Virus record (IMG/VR): IMGVR_UViG_3300041973_000006
Location: 1 to 60,513 of that record
Reading direction: 5' to 3' (one strand)
Length of the DNA stretch: 60,513 bases
Source of the DNA: a virus
Lineage: Duplodnaviria; Caudoviricetes
A model generated the notes under the pieces. That model did no database searches. It had not been told where the DNA came from and saw nothing but the letters and a program-made list of their open reading frames with translations. Both the position numbers and the translations under genes were made by a program. Positions 47,809 to 57,074 of this stretch are shown piece after piece. Position 1 is the stretch's first letter, and each line of letters begins with the position of its first letter.

Positions 47809-48236
47809 TCGCTCTCCTGTAGCTGGAACTCGCGCTTGCAGTGAGGGCACTCGACCGTCGTCCCGGTAGTGACGAGCAGGGTTTCACGTCGATGCGCGAA
47901 GCCGTCTTCGCCGATGACCACTTCCCACAGGTCGCCTATATCCTCGCCCTGCGCCCGCAGCGTGCCGGTCAGGCCGAAGTCCGGGTACGTCTTTCGCATC
48001 TCGCGGATGACGACGTTGACGAGACCGTCCATCTCGTAGGTCGTCTCCTGGCCGTTCCATTCGAGCCCGGTACCCTCCTCGTTAATCTCCAGATTTATCC
48101 AGGTCAGTTCGGGAGCACCCCACTCCGGATGTTCGCGGCAGTCTTCGCCCAGGATGGTTTGCAGCTTGGCGAGCATCCCAGGGGTCGGTGTGGCCGTGAA
48201 CTCCAGCGTTCCCTCAAAATCCGTGTTGTATCCCAT
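47805..48236 (-). CDS. Conserved phage hypothetical protein
   Basis: MGYNTDFEG..LEWNG.E..L.G...AQGED..D.W; terminal CPHC. Confidence 0.65.
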   Translation of the reverse strand: MGYNTDFEGTLEFTATPTPGMLAKLQTILGEDCREHPEWGAPELTWINLEINEEGTGLEWNGQETTYEMDGLVNVVIREMRKTYPDFGLTGTLRAQGEDIGDLWEVVIGEDGFAHRRETLLVTTGTTVECPHCKREFQLQESE

Positions 48237-48246
48237 AAGCCTCCTC

Positions 48247-48504
48247 TCAGAATCCGTCCGGTACGGTCTTACTCGCCGCCGGTGTCGCCCGCGCCAGCAT
48301 CCCCAGCGCGCGTGAGACGGCCTCGCCCTCGCGCTGCCCCTCGGCGATGGCGCGCTCGACGGCGCCGCTTTTTGTGGCGCGCGCGAGGAAGTCGGCGTCT
48401 CCCGAAAGTTCCGCCCGCTGCGCGGCGGCCGCGAGAGCTATCGTCGGGTTGACGTACTCGGGGGCGGCCAGAAGGCGCGCGACTATTTCGTCTTGCCAAT
48501 TCAT
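48247..48504 (-). CDS. Hypothetical protein
   Basis: Coupled to neighbours. Confidence 0.5.
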   Translation of the reverse strand: MNWQDEIVARLLAAPEYVNPTIALAAAAQRAELSGDADFLARATKSGAVERAIAEGQREGEAVSRALGMLARATPAASKTVPDGF

Positions 48505-48725
48505 TAGCTCTTGCCTACCCCCTTCCCGACGCTGTCAGCTTTTAAGTTGGCGAGGCGCGAGGATTCGCGCAGAATCTCTTTCGTGACTTCTGCGATGTTG
48601 CCGTCCACGTCGAACGGGTCAGCTTCACGATGGGGATTTGAGTCGCACCACTGGCGAGCGAACGATTCGCTACTCACTACCGCCTTAACAACCCCGTCCG
48701 CATCCAGCAAAACGTAAACCTGCAT
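48504..48725 (-). CDS. Hypothetical protein
   Basis: GGGAGG RBS. Confidence 0.5.
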   Translation of the reverse strand: MQVYVLLDADGVVKAVVSSESFARQWCDSNPHREADPFDVDGNIAEVTKEILRESSRLANLKADSVGKGVGKS

Positions 48726-48744
48726 GATTTCCTCCCTTCACCCC

Positions 48745-48954
48745 TCAGTGCTTAGTGGTCGCCGCCGAGCGCGACGTGATAACAGCCGGCGCGCGCTCAG
48801 TGACCCGCGCCGCCTCCTGCCCGACTATGTGGAAGTCCATCGTCGCGGCGTCGGGGAAGCTCGCCGCGAGCGCCGCGCGGATAACGTCCTCGCCCGCCTC
48901 GACGATCTTGTCGTCGAGATGAATCGGTTTGCCTTTGACCTGAATCGTGGCCAT
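48745..48954 (-). CDS. Ubiquitin-like protein (PRTRC protein C-like) ending in ...ATTKH
   Basis: 69 aa; IRAALAASFPDAAT pattern; position between ParB-like gene and E2/E1. Confidence 0.6.
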   Translation of the reverse strand: MATIQVKGKPIHLDDKIVEAGEDVIRAALAASFPDAATMDFHIVGQEAARVTERAPAVITSRSAATTKH

Positions 48955-48959
48955 GTCCT

Positions 48960-51900
48960 TTATCGCCCCCTATCGTTGGCCGTCTTGACGTTCTTCTTCC
49001 GAGGCCCACGCTCCGGATTCTTCGTGGCGCTCGGCTTCTTCGGAGCTACCGCCCTAGCAGCCTTCTTCGCCGGTGCTTTCTGAGCAGCCTTCTTCGAGCC
49101 GGCTTTGGTGGCCGCCTTCTTCGTCGCCACAGACTTCTTCGCACCTTTCGCCGCTGTCTTCGCCTTGTCCTTCTCGGCATCGAGACGCTGAACAATCAAC
49201 TCGTATTCGTTGTCTCCGAGCGGCATCATCTTCACGGGGAAGAGCGAACTGTTGAGCGCATCCGATGGTTCGCTGCCGGCGAGGTTGACGGTGATCTGCA
49301 CGCCCAGGCCCTTGAGGAGCGTGTGCGTGACGACGAGCGAGCGGCCGTTCAGACGCTTCTCTATCTCGGCCAACCGGTCGGGCTTCTGCGGGGCTGCGGT
49401 CGCCGTCGGAGGAGGCGTCGCACGGTTCGTGAGTATGTCGCTTCGCACCTCGTGCGCGGCGTCGGCGAAGCGACGACGGTCGTTTACAACCACCGCCGGC
49501 TCAACTTCAGCGGACTCCGGACCTTTGGCTTCCTGCTCCGCTTTTCGTCTCTCCTGCTCTTCGCGCCACGCCTCATCGGCGTTGGCTTCATTGACCGGAT
49601 CGTAGTCTCTGGCGGCACGCTCCTCTTCGAGGGCTTCCACTTCCAGATTGCCGCTCGGGTCGAGCATGTCGAGCGTCGCAGTGCGCCGCGTGTCGTCTTC
49701 GAAAGCCTCGCCCTCGAAAAGCGAAGGGCTCGCTTCGACCGGCGCAACGCTGTAGGTGCGACCGTCCGTGCTCACGCGCTCCTCGGCGCGGGCCATAACG
49801 TTATGGGCGAGCGCCTCGCGCTGTTCGGCCGAGAGCCTGCGCACGATACGCACGAGCCCGGCCGGCGCCCCCGACTCGGCGGCCAGTTGCGCGACAGCTT
49901 CGTCGGTGCCGGCCGGCGCGCCTGCGAGCAGCGGCAGGAGTTTTTCAAGCGCCGCCTGAACCTTGCCGACGAAGGGCTGGCTGACCTCGGCCAGGTGCGA
50001 GATCGCGGTGTCGCTCTGCCGGCTCCACTCGGAGTCACAGAAGACCGTCACGACCGCGAGACGTTTGTCATCGTCGGTGCGCTTCAGGCCGTGCTGCGCG
50101 TTGGCGCGGACGGCGTGGAGGATGGCGTCCCGGAGCGTGCCCTTGTGCAGGTTGATGTCGAGCGGTTTAGCTTCGAGCAGGCAAGCCTCTCGGCGGTGGT
50201 TGCCCTCGGCCAACCAGTAACGTTCCCCGTCGAAATAGACCTCGGCCGGGTCTCTGAACGCGCCGCCCGCCCGGAGCACGGCGCGCAGGTCCTCGACGTG
50301 CACGCGGTCGAGGCCGCCTGCCCGCATGAGTAGTGACGGGTGCGTGCTGATTAGCCCCGGGTGCATCTGCTGGCGCAGCACGGGCGTTGTATGTTCGGCG
50401 AAGAGCGAGGCGGCAGGCGCGGGAGCGGGAGCGGTTACAGGGGTCGGCTCTACGGTTGCAGGAGTGCCGGCCGGCTCGGGCTCGGAAGAGGACGCTTCCG
50501 TTTCAGGTTCGCCGAAGAACATCTCTTCCGCGGCGGCGGCCGCCTCGTCGGTCTCGTCCGTGGCCGGCGTCATGCCGAGAGCGCGGGCGCGCTCGCCGAG
50601 CGCCTCCTGAATCTCTATGACCTCGGCGAGCGTGAACCTTTCGGGGTCGGCGCCGCCGGCCATGATCTCGTCGAGGCGGTAGTTTTTGACGACGGCCTGA
50701 AACTCGGGGAGAGTCTGCACGTCGTCACGGAGCCGGCTGATGATTGTCTCGCCGAGTGTCGGCGCGAGGAGCGAAACCTGAAGCGGGCACTGCTCTCCGG
50801 AGGGCCATACGGCCAGGTAGATGCCCTGAGACTGGGCGATGCCGCTCAGGCGCTCTTCCCCTCCGGCGACTGCGCGGCAGACGAGGATCATGTGACTCGG
50901 CGGAGACTCGGGAGATTTATCGAACGAGGCCGCTCTCGCAGCCTTCAGCGCATCGGCCTCGTTGAAGATGGACTGCGTCGAGACGCTCTCGCGGACGAGA
51001 ACGAGCGCCTTCTCGGTGGCAACGTCTATGATTGCTTCGCCACGGAACGCATCCTGTTCGTAAGCGATGCCCTGCTCGTCGAGCCATTGCCGCAACTCGG
51101 CCGCGAGCGCCTCCTGCCCGGAGAAGAGGTCGGCCCCGTCTTCGACGGTCGCCGACTCTCCCGCGCTCTGCGCCTCGCTTTCGGTCGTCTCGTCAACTTG
51201 CGCGGGGGCATCCGCCAGCGCGACGAGCGCCACGCGCGCGACCGCGTACTTCTCAGGAGTGTCTATCCCCGCCTCGACGAACTGGTCGTAGGTGTAGCCC
51301 TCAAGCTCAGGGTCGGGGAAGTGCTCGGAGCCGAGCAGTCGCATCACGTCCGCGCGCTCGCGCAGGCCGTGGAGCTCCGGGGCGAGCGTGCCGGCCTCAA
51401 TCGCATCGGCGATACGGGTGCAGGCGAGCCCGACGCGCCTGTAGGTTGTGGCGCGGTCAGGCCGCATCGTCTCGGCTCGCTCGTAAGTCTCGCGCGCCGT
51501 CTCGCGCCAGAAGGCGGCGTCGCGGGCCGGAGAGGGGGGGACATCATCTTCGATGGCTTCCGGCGCAGCGACCGGCGTCTCTTCTTCTACTTCGACCCGG
51601 GCAGGCTTGTGCTTGCCCTCGCGCGCCTGGAGCCTGCGCGCGGCAGCGAAGGCCATCTCGGGGTCACTGAAGATGCTGGTGCCGATTTTAAGGCCGGCGT
51701 GCCTGCAACGGACTGAGCCGGGCACCAGAGCCTCTTCGGCTACCTCGATCATCCAGCCGGCGGAGGCTAAGTCGTCAGGCACGGGCGGCAGGGAAGCGAC
51801 GTTCTCGACCTCGTCCGTCTCTTCGCAATCGGGAGCCGGCCCTTCAGTCTCTATCGCTTCCTGAATCCGGCGGGCTGCTGCCTGAGCGTCGTCGATGCGC

Positions 51901-52031
51901 TTGAAGAGGACCGTCCGCCTGCCCGACGGGTGGATGTAGTACCACCTGTTATTCACCTTGTCCCTCCTCGGTCTCCATCCGAGATCACGTAACTGCACCG
52001 TGGTTTCACCGCCCGCGACTGTTTCCTGCAT
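48960..52031 (-). CDS. Large multidomain ParB-like protein (ParB-N plus HTH, acidic N-terminal region, Lys/Ala-rich tail)
   Basis: YFDGERYWLAEGNHRREA..ANAQHGLKRT..DKR..SDTAISHLAEVSQPFVGKV. Confidence 0.8.
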   Translation of the reverse strand: MQETVAGGETTVQLRDLGWRPRRDKVNNRWYYIHPSGRRTVLFKRIDDAQAAARRIQEAIETEGPAPDCEETDEVENVASLPPVPDDLASAGWMIEVAEEALVPGSVRCRHAGLKIGTSIFSDPEMAFAAARRLQAREGKHKPARVEVEEETPVAAPEAIEDDVPPSPARDAAFWRETARETYERAETMRPDRATTYRRVGLACTRIADAIEAGTLAPELHGLRERADVMRLLGSEHFPDPELEGYTYDQFVEAGIDTPEKYAVARVALVALADAPAQVDETTESEAQSAGESATVEDGADLFSGQEALAAELRQWLDEQGIAYEQDAFRGEAIIDVATEKALVLVRESVSTQSIFNEADALKAARAASFDKSPESPPSHMILVCRAVAGGEERLSGIAQSQGIYLAVWPSGEQCPLQVSLLAPTLGETIISRLRDDVQTLPEFQAVVKNYRLDEIMAGGADPERFTLAEVIEIQEALGERARALGMTPATDETDEAAAAAEEMFFGEPETEASSSEPEPAGTPATVEPTPVTAPAPAPAASLFAEHTTPVLRQQMHPGLISTHPSLLMRAGGLDRVHVEDLRAVLRAGGAFRDPAEVYFDGERYWLAEGNHRREACLLEAKPLDINLHKGTLRDAILHAVRANAQHGLKRTDDDKRLAVVTVFCDSEWSRQSDTAISHLAEVSQPFVGKVQAALEKLLPLLAGAPAGTDEAVAQLAAESGAPAGLVRIVRRLSAEQREALAHNVMARAEERVSTDGRTYSVAPVEASPSLFEGEAFEDDTRRTATLDMLDPSGNLEVEALEEERAARDYDPVNEANADEAWREEQERRKAEQEAKGPESAEVEPAVVVNDRRRFADAAHEVRSDILTNRATPPPTATAAPQKPDRLAEIEKRLNGRSLVVTHTLLKGLGVQITVNLAGSEPSDALNSSLFPVKMMPLGDNEYELIVQRLDAEKDKAKTAAKGAKKSVATKKAATKAGSKKAAQKAPAKKAARAVAPKKPSATKNPERGPRKKNVKTANDRGR

Positions 52032-52069
52032 CTCTTCTCCTCCGCTTCGACGATTTAAGAATTATTGAA

Positions 52070-52711
52070 TCAAGCCACCTTTTCTTCGGCCGCAGCTCGC
52101 GCGTCGGCGTGCGCCTTATTCGCGTCGCGCAAACGCACGAAGATCGCCCGCAACATCTGCTCGTCGGCGCGTGAGAGGTCGCCGGAGAGGTCCGTTGGCG
52201 CGATGCCGGGCGTGCCGATCTCGCGGGCGAGCTTCCGTTGCGCGGTGATGTTGGCGAGTGCCGCGTTACGGTCGAAGGATTTGGCGCGCTGCTCCGTGGT
52301 CTTCTGCTCGGCGGCCTGCTCCGTGGGGCGCGGGCCGGGCTTTGTGGGCGCCGACTGCTGCTCGCGACCGGCGCTCTGGCGCTGCGAGTCGCGGTCGCGC
52401 TTGACCTCGAAACCGAGCAGGGCCAGAGCGCGCCCGACGGCCGAGGTCTCGCAGTTCTCGACGTAACTCGTCTTATTCACATAGGACTCGCCGCGCAGCT
52501 CGAAGGCGTGGCCCGTGGCCGAGGCTTCGGCGTCGTCCGAGCCGCGGAAGACCTCGGCGCGGAAGAGGATGAAGCCCGAGTCGGCGTCGTGCTCAATGAT
52601 CTGCGTCGTGATGCGCCCCTGCGGGTACGCCTGATAGAACTGGCCTATCCGCTCGGCGACGGTGACGTAGCTGTCGAGGGCGTTCGCTTTGTTCTGCTGA
52701 CCTTGAGGCAT
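52070..52711 (-). CDS. Sak/Rad52-like ssDNA annealing protein
   Basis: YVTVAERI..ATGHAFE..VENCETSAVGRALALLG. Confidence 0.75.
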   Translation of the reverse strand: MPQGQQNKANALDSYVTVAERIGQFYQAYPQGRITTQIIEHDADSGFILFRAEVFRGSDDAEASATGHAFELRGESYVNKTSYVENCETSAVGRALALLGFEVKRDRDSQRQSAGREQQSAPTKPGPRPTEQAAEQKTTEQRAKSFDRNAALANITAQRKLAREIGTPGIAPTDLSGDLSRADEQMLRAIFVRLRDANKAHADARAAAEEKVA

Positions 52712-52727
52712 GACTCTGTGCTCCTTC

Positions 52728-53060
52728 TTACGCCGCCTGCACGCGGGCGAGATACGCTGCGCTCTGCCGCCCGCATTCCTTGTCGCACCAGACGTTATGG
52801 ATTGAGACCGGAAGGCCGCGCTTCTTACCCGTGCCGGCTGCGCCCGCTCTGAGCATCGAGAGCTTGAACTCGCCGCGCGCGATGATGTCGTCAAGTTCCT
52901 CAATCTTCGCGCGCAGCTTCGGCGAGTCCTTCTCCGCGCAGAGCCCGACGTAGGTCAGGCGGATCGAGCGCAGCCGGTCGAGGTTCGAGCGGAGGCGACC
53001 GGCGTCGTCCGTCGTGATGTAGAACTCTTCCTGGGCCTGTTGATAGGTTGGCTCTTTCAT
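52728..53060 (-). CDS. Hypothetical protein fused to an RNase H C-terminal fragment
   Basis: AGTGKKRGLPVSIHNVWCDKEC is 20/22 identical to residues of ORF 395..1141. Confidence 0.6.
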   Translation of the reverse strand: MKEPTYQQAQEEFYITTDDAGRLRSNLDRLRSIRLTYVGLCAEKDSPKLRAKIEELDDIIARGEFKLSMLRAGAAGTGKKRGLPVSIHNVWCDKECGRQSAAYLARVQAA

Positions 53061-53422
53061 TTGGCTGCCACCTGTTGAATGAACGCCGATATGTCGGCCA
53101 CGCGGACGAGCACCGTCGCGTCGCAGTAACGCGGCGCGCAGGCACAGACGAAGCGAGCCCAACGGAAGCCGTCGGAGCGCTTCTGCCCAGCCGCGTCACG
53201 CCACTCTTCAGAGTTGGTGCGCTCAAGCTCTTCGAGGTCGTCGGCGAGCACCGGCCTCCAAAGTCCGCCCTCCGCGCCATCCCTCTCGTCGCCGATGAGG
53301 ATGCACGTCGCTGAATGTTCCTTTTCGACGTAGACGCAAAATGGCAACCACGTTGATGAGTCATTGCCGTTCAGATGGGGCGTGAACGTATCCCCATAGG
53401 GACCGCGTTTTACGGGCTTCAT
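53057..53422 (-). CDS. Hypothetical protein
   Basis: ATGA coupling on both sides. Confidence 0.5.
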   Translation of the reverse strand: MKPVKRGPYGDTFTPHLNGNDSSTWLPFCVYVEKEHSATCILIGDERDGAEGGLWRPVLADDLEELERTNSEEWRDAAGQKRSDGFRWARFVCACAPRYCDATVLVRVADISAFIQQVAAK

Positions 53423-53708
53423 TCGCCTCCCCCTTTCGCCGAGCGAGTTATCTTCACGAGCACGCGACCGTCGGACATCTCCTCGCGCGGGCCGATGGTC
53501 GTGCCGTAGCGAGCGTGCGGGTAGAGGCTCAAATACCAGCCCACGAACGCGGACAGCCCCATGAGCGAGCCGCGCACGCGGCCGGCGAGCAGGCCCGGCA
53601 GGAGAGGCACCTGTGGCAGCGACGGCAGAGGTCGATGACGGAGAAGCCGAGGCCGCAGCCGGGGCACTTTCGAGGAGTGTATTTCTTCATTTCAATTTCC
53701 CGGGCAGG

Positions 53709-54113
53709 TTAAGGGAGCGGCGTGGCGGATTGTCGCGCCCAGCGCCTGACGCTCTGCGGATAGCGGAAACGTACCCACCAGCGATGCAGGGCCAGTTCGT
53801 TCAACTTGAACTCGCGCCGCAGGCGAGTCTCCAACGCTGATTGAAGCGAATGACGGAGCCAGTACAGGGTTTGCGACTTCGGCTCCGTGTGGAAGGGTGC
53901 GTACTTCATCTCGGCCCACAATCGAAGCGTGCGGCCGAATGAAAGATGCTCGACGAGCGGAGCCACGTCCCACTCGTGGAAGATGATGGAGAAGCGTTTG
54001 CCGCCGCAGGAATTGCACGGGCCTCGGTAGTTACGAGACAGGAACGGCTCGCCCTCCCAGTGCCAGTGTTCGCCGCGCTCGTCACAGGAATGGCATTTAG
54101 CTTCGTGGGGCAT
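53709..54113 (-). CDS. Zinc-ribbon hypothetical protein
   Basis: CHSC..CNSC. Confidence 0.5.
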   Translation of the reverse strand: MPHEAKCHSCDERGEHWHWEGEPFLSRNYRGPCNSCGGKRFSIIFHEWDVAPLVEHLSFGRTLRLWAEMKYAPFHTEPKSQTLYWLRHSLQSALETRLRREFKLNELALHRWWVRFRYPQSVRRWARQSATPLP

Positions 54114-54128
54114 AGCTACTCGTCTCCA

Positions 54129-54338
54129 TTACCCTCTGATCGTGGTGGAACGGGTGAACGTCTCGCCGCAGTTGCGGCAGCGGCGGGTCTCGGTGTCGGC
54201 GCGGCGGTCGGTCGAGACGAGGTCGCTTCGGAAGTGTGGACAGGGCTCGGGCTGCTGCTGGCCGGCGCGCCGCTCGGCTTCTACTCGCGCCCGTACCTCC
54301 CGGCGTAGCTGGTCCCAGTCAATCCCGGTGGTAGCCAT
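54129..54338 (-). CDS. Small zinc-ribbon protein
   Basis: CPH..CRNC; GAGGGA RBS. Confidence 0.5.
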   Translation of the reverse strand: MATTGIDWDQLRREVRARVEAERRAGQQQPEPCPHFRSDLVSTDRRADTETRRCRNCGETFTRSTTIRG

Positions 54339-54348
54339 AACGCGTCCC

Positions 54349-54609
54349 TCAAGCGACCTTCCGGCCGTACTTCTCGATCATCGCCTCGGCGTTTGAGCGC
54401 GCCGCTGCAATCGCCTCCGCTTCCGTGTCGCCGTAGCCTGAGCAGGAGTAGCCGTCGAGCGTGAAGAGCGCGCGGTAAGCTCTGGCCGCCGCGTGCCAGC
54501 GGACCTCCGACTGGCCTTCGGCCGGGCCGCGCGTGCCATAGGTGTAGCTCGTGACGGAGCGGTGCGCTTCGGTGGAGCGGGTTTGGCTGTAGGTGCGGCG
54601 GGCCGACAT
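54349..54609 (-). CDS. First gene of the leftward early operon
   Basis: AAGGAGG RBS downstream of PL. Confidence 0.6.
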   Translation of the reverse strand: MSARRTYSQTRSTEAHRSVTSYTYGTRGPAEGQSEVRWHAAARAYRALFTLDGYSCSGYGDTEAEAIAAARSNAEAMIEKYGRKVA

Positions 54610-54630
54610 TGTCTATATCCTCCTTCAAGG

Positions 54631-54751
54631 CAATATGGATTCTATATAGAAACTATATAGTTGTCAAGATAAAAATATCCCTGCCCGCCGCAACAGGGGA
54701 AAGGAAATTAAGGCTTGCTTTCTATATAGTTACAATATAGAATCTATACAG
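54631..54751 (-). promoter_or_regulatory. Leftward promoter PL with CTATATAG operator boxes
   Basis: TTGACA (54667-54662)-17 bp-TAGAAT; boxes at 54631/54642/54653 and 54722/54733/54744 with an 11 bp period. Confidence 0.85.
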
Positions 54752-54944
54752 CCTCTTAGGGGATTAAATCCATAATCTTGGACGCAATATCCAGTTGAAT
54801 AAAATGTTAAATCCGTGTACTCTGCCGGGCACGCTTCAGGGCTCTCCGTGTCGCATCTTCGGCACTCCTGAATCCGCTCCCCAAGCACACGAATATCGGG
54901 CCGCCGAAAGGCAGCCTGCGTCAACTCAATTTATTGCGTTTAGG

Positions 54945-55214
54945 TTAGGCGCCGAACCACACACTGACCATCGTTTCGATGAACAGCATGTAAGCGTCCG
55001 GGTCTGTGGTGTCGTCTGCGTTGGTCTGGCCGCCGCCGTCGTCAGGGCAATCCGTGTTTACGGCGGGGTCACAGGGCGGGGGCAGAGGGCAAGTAGCCGT
55101 TACGGTGGGGTCGCACGGTTCCGTGCGAGGCTCGCGTATGACGCCTGCGTTAGTCGAGGCCGCGAACAGAAAAACGAAGGCGAGGATAAGGGGCAAGAAT
55201 CTGCGCTGTGTCAT
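54945..55214 (-). CDS. Small secreted peptide precursor
   Basis: Signal peptide ending ASTNA, mature GVIREP, twin PCDP..CP repeats, acidic linker, hydrophobic C-terminus; GGAG RBS. Confidence 0.7.
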   Translation of the reverse strand: MTQRRFLPLILAFVFLFAASTNAGVIREPRTEPCDPTVTATCPLPPPCDPAVNTDCPDDGGGQTNADDTTDPDAYMLFIETMVSVWFGA

Positions 55215-55313
55215 TGTCTACTCCGTATGGTGTGTTGTCAGGGGGACAGCCCTGCACGACCACTATACAGAATTTTCAAATTTTCTTGAAAATCATTTCG
55301 GAGTGCTAACAGC

Positions 55314-57074
55314 ATGCGACAAGTCGAAGCGTCTGCAATAGTTTACGATTGCGAAGTGGCGCGCCAGATTGAGGATGCTGGCGACTTTGCGAGGGCGAAA
55401 GAGTATATATACGAAGCTTGGCAGCACCTAGACGATCTGCCGACAATAGCGCGCGCGGAAATTCTCTTGCGGATGGGTAGCATTGCCAGCCGCGCGGGGA
55501 GCGCGAACATATTAGGTGCCGAACAGGACTCGGCAAAGGATTTACTTACGGAAAGCCTCCGTCTATTTGAGGCAGAGGGCAACCGCTCGAAAATAGCCGA
55601 AGCCAGTCTTGGGCTGGCATTATGCTGCTGGCAGGAAGGGGCCTTTGAGGATGCCCATGTATGGCTCGGGCAATCGGCAACTTATACGCCAAGCTCGGAT
55701 ACGTCTCTAAAATTCAGATGGAGCATATTAAGTGCAATAGTAGAAGAGAACGCAGGCCATATATATCGTGCCCATGACATATTGCGTTCCATCGCGCCAC
55801 TATGCAATGGGCTTGATAATCACCTTCTTCTCGGTAAGTATCACAATCAATATCAAATCGTTCTCATGCATTTAGCGGCAGAGACCGACGACTATGATTA
55901 CTATGACCGGGCTCTTGTTGAAAATGCGGCGTCGTCATTTCACTTTGAAAGTGGAGGTAATAAAAGGGCGGCAATTTCAGTTAAAAACAATGCCGGCAAT
56001 ATACTCACACTCATGGGGCGTCCGGCCGATGCTCTCAAACCTATTGATGAAGCCATACACATGGCAGAGCGCCTTAAAGATAGAACAAGGCTGGCGCAAT
56101 GCCTAGAGACTCGCGCTCAGGCGTTGCTCGCTTTGCGTCGGTACGCGGAAGCCGAGAAAGCGGCCCGGCGCTCCGTACAACTACTGCGCATCGGTGGCGA
56201 GCGGAGCCTGCTGTGCGAATCGTTAATCACTCTCGGCCGCTGTCACGCCCGCATGGGTAACAAGGCGCTGGCCGTCCAGTGCTTTGATGAAGCGGTAGAG
56301 GTCGCGGAGTTCATCGGCTACAAAGAGGGGCGCGGTCTTGTATCACTCGCCACGTTAGAAGAGTTTGACGACCTCGACATAGAGGCGCGCCGCGCGCATC
56401 ACGCAATCATCGCCACTGACCTTAAAACGACACAGGACGCCGCGCTGCGCCGCCGGGCTGAGTCTTGCCTGCAACGCACCTGTGACCTGATGCGAGCAGA
56501 ATACGCTCTGCCGAGTCCTTCCAAGCAGAAATTCACGTTTCCGAAAGACTTTTCGTTAAAGCAATTTATTGACGAGATAGAAGGGGAAGTTATACGGCAG
56601 GCGTTCGTATATGCTGGCGGGTGTCAGCGGATCGCCGCCCGCACACTCGGCGTCTCGGATTCTAATCTAAACGCCAAGCTTAAAGGTAAGCATAAGAGTA
56701 TCAAGGCGCTTCAAACAAAGGGCCATTATCGCGTCGGAGATGTCGGCGCGGATATTGAGGCGATACTTAACATTGATAGCCACAAGATGCCGGATGATTC
56801 TCTGTGCGGCTTCGGGATTTTTGAACATGACTTCGTGGTCGTAAGGCGCGGGGTGCCAGCCGCCTCGGGCTCTCCTGTGGCCGTGCGCTCAAGAGGGCAC
56901 GTCTACATCGGCGTGCTTTCGCACATTCCGGGCGGCATCGAGCTTCTATCCACGGACGAAACAGACGAGTCGTGGGAGCTTCCCGACAAGGATGTTGAGG
57001 CGGTGGAATTAGTGGTGGGCTGGATAAAGCATGAGGAAATAGACGGCGGGATTGATGCGGTTCGCAGTTTATGA
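55314..57074 (+). CDS. TPR-repeat / Fis-type HTH / S24-like (LexA CTD) regulator
   Basis: Many TPR helices (NNAGNILTLMGR, ETRAQALLA); IRQAF..AGGCQRIAARTLGVS; DDSL..GI..HDFVVV..G.PVAV. Confidence 0.8.
   Translation: MRQVEASAIVYDCEVARQIEDAGDFARAKEYIYEAWQHLDDLPTIARAEILLRMGSIASRAGSANILGAEQDSAKDLLTESLRLFEAEGNRSKIAEASLGLALCCWQEGAFEDAHVWLGQSATYTPSSDTSLKFRWSILSAIVEENAGHIYRAHDILRSIAPLCNGLDNHLLLGKYHNQYQIVLMHLAAETDDYDYYDRALVENAASSFHFESGGNKRAAISVKNNAGNILTLMGRPADALKPIDEAIHMAERLKDRTRLAQCLETRAQALLALRRYAEAEKAARRSVQLLRIGGERSLLCESLITLGRCHARMGNKALAVQCFDEAVEVAEFIGYKEGRGLVSLATLEEFDDLDIEARRAHHAIIATDLKTTQDAALRRRAESCLQRTCDLMRAEYALPSPSKQKFTFPKDFSLKQFIDEIEGEVIRQAFVYAGGCQRIAARTLGVSDSNLNAKLKGKHKSIKALQTKGHYRVGDVGADIEAILNIDSHKMPDDSLCGFGIFEHDFVVVRRGVPAASGSPVAVRSRGHVYIGVLSHIPGGIELLSTDETDESWELPDKDVEAVELVVGWIKHEEIDGGIDAVRSL

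Noticed and set aside
48511-48522. 12 bp match to the candidate sRNA near 41454
   Set aside because: Same sense as the mRNA there, and a 12-mer match is plausible by chance in 60 kb
52786-52801. Additional palindrome copy (also half-sites near 23928 and 54334)
   Set aside because: Only half of the motif matches; explained by coding sequence
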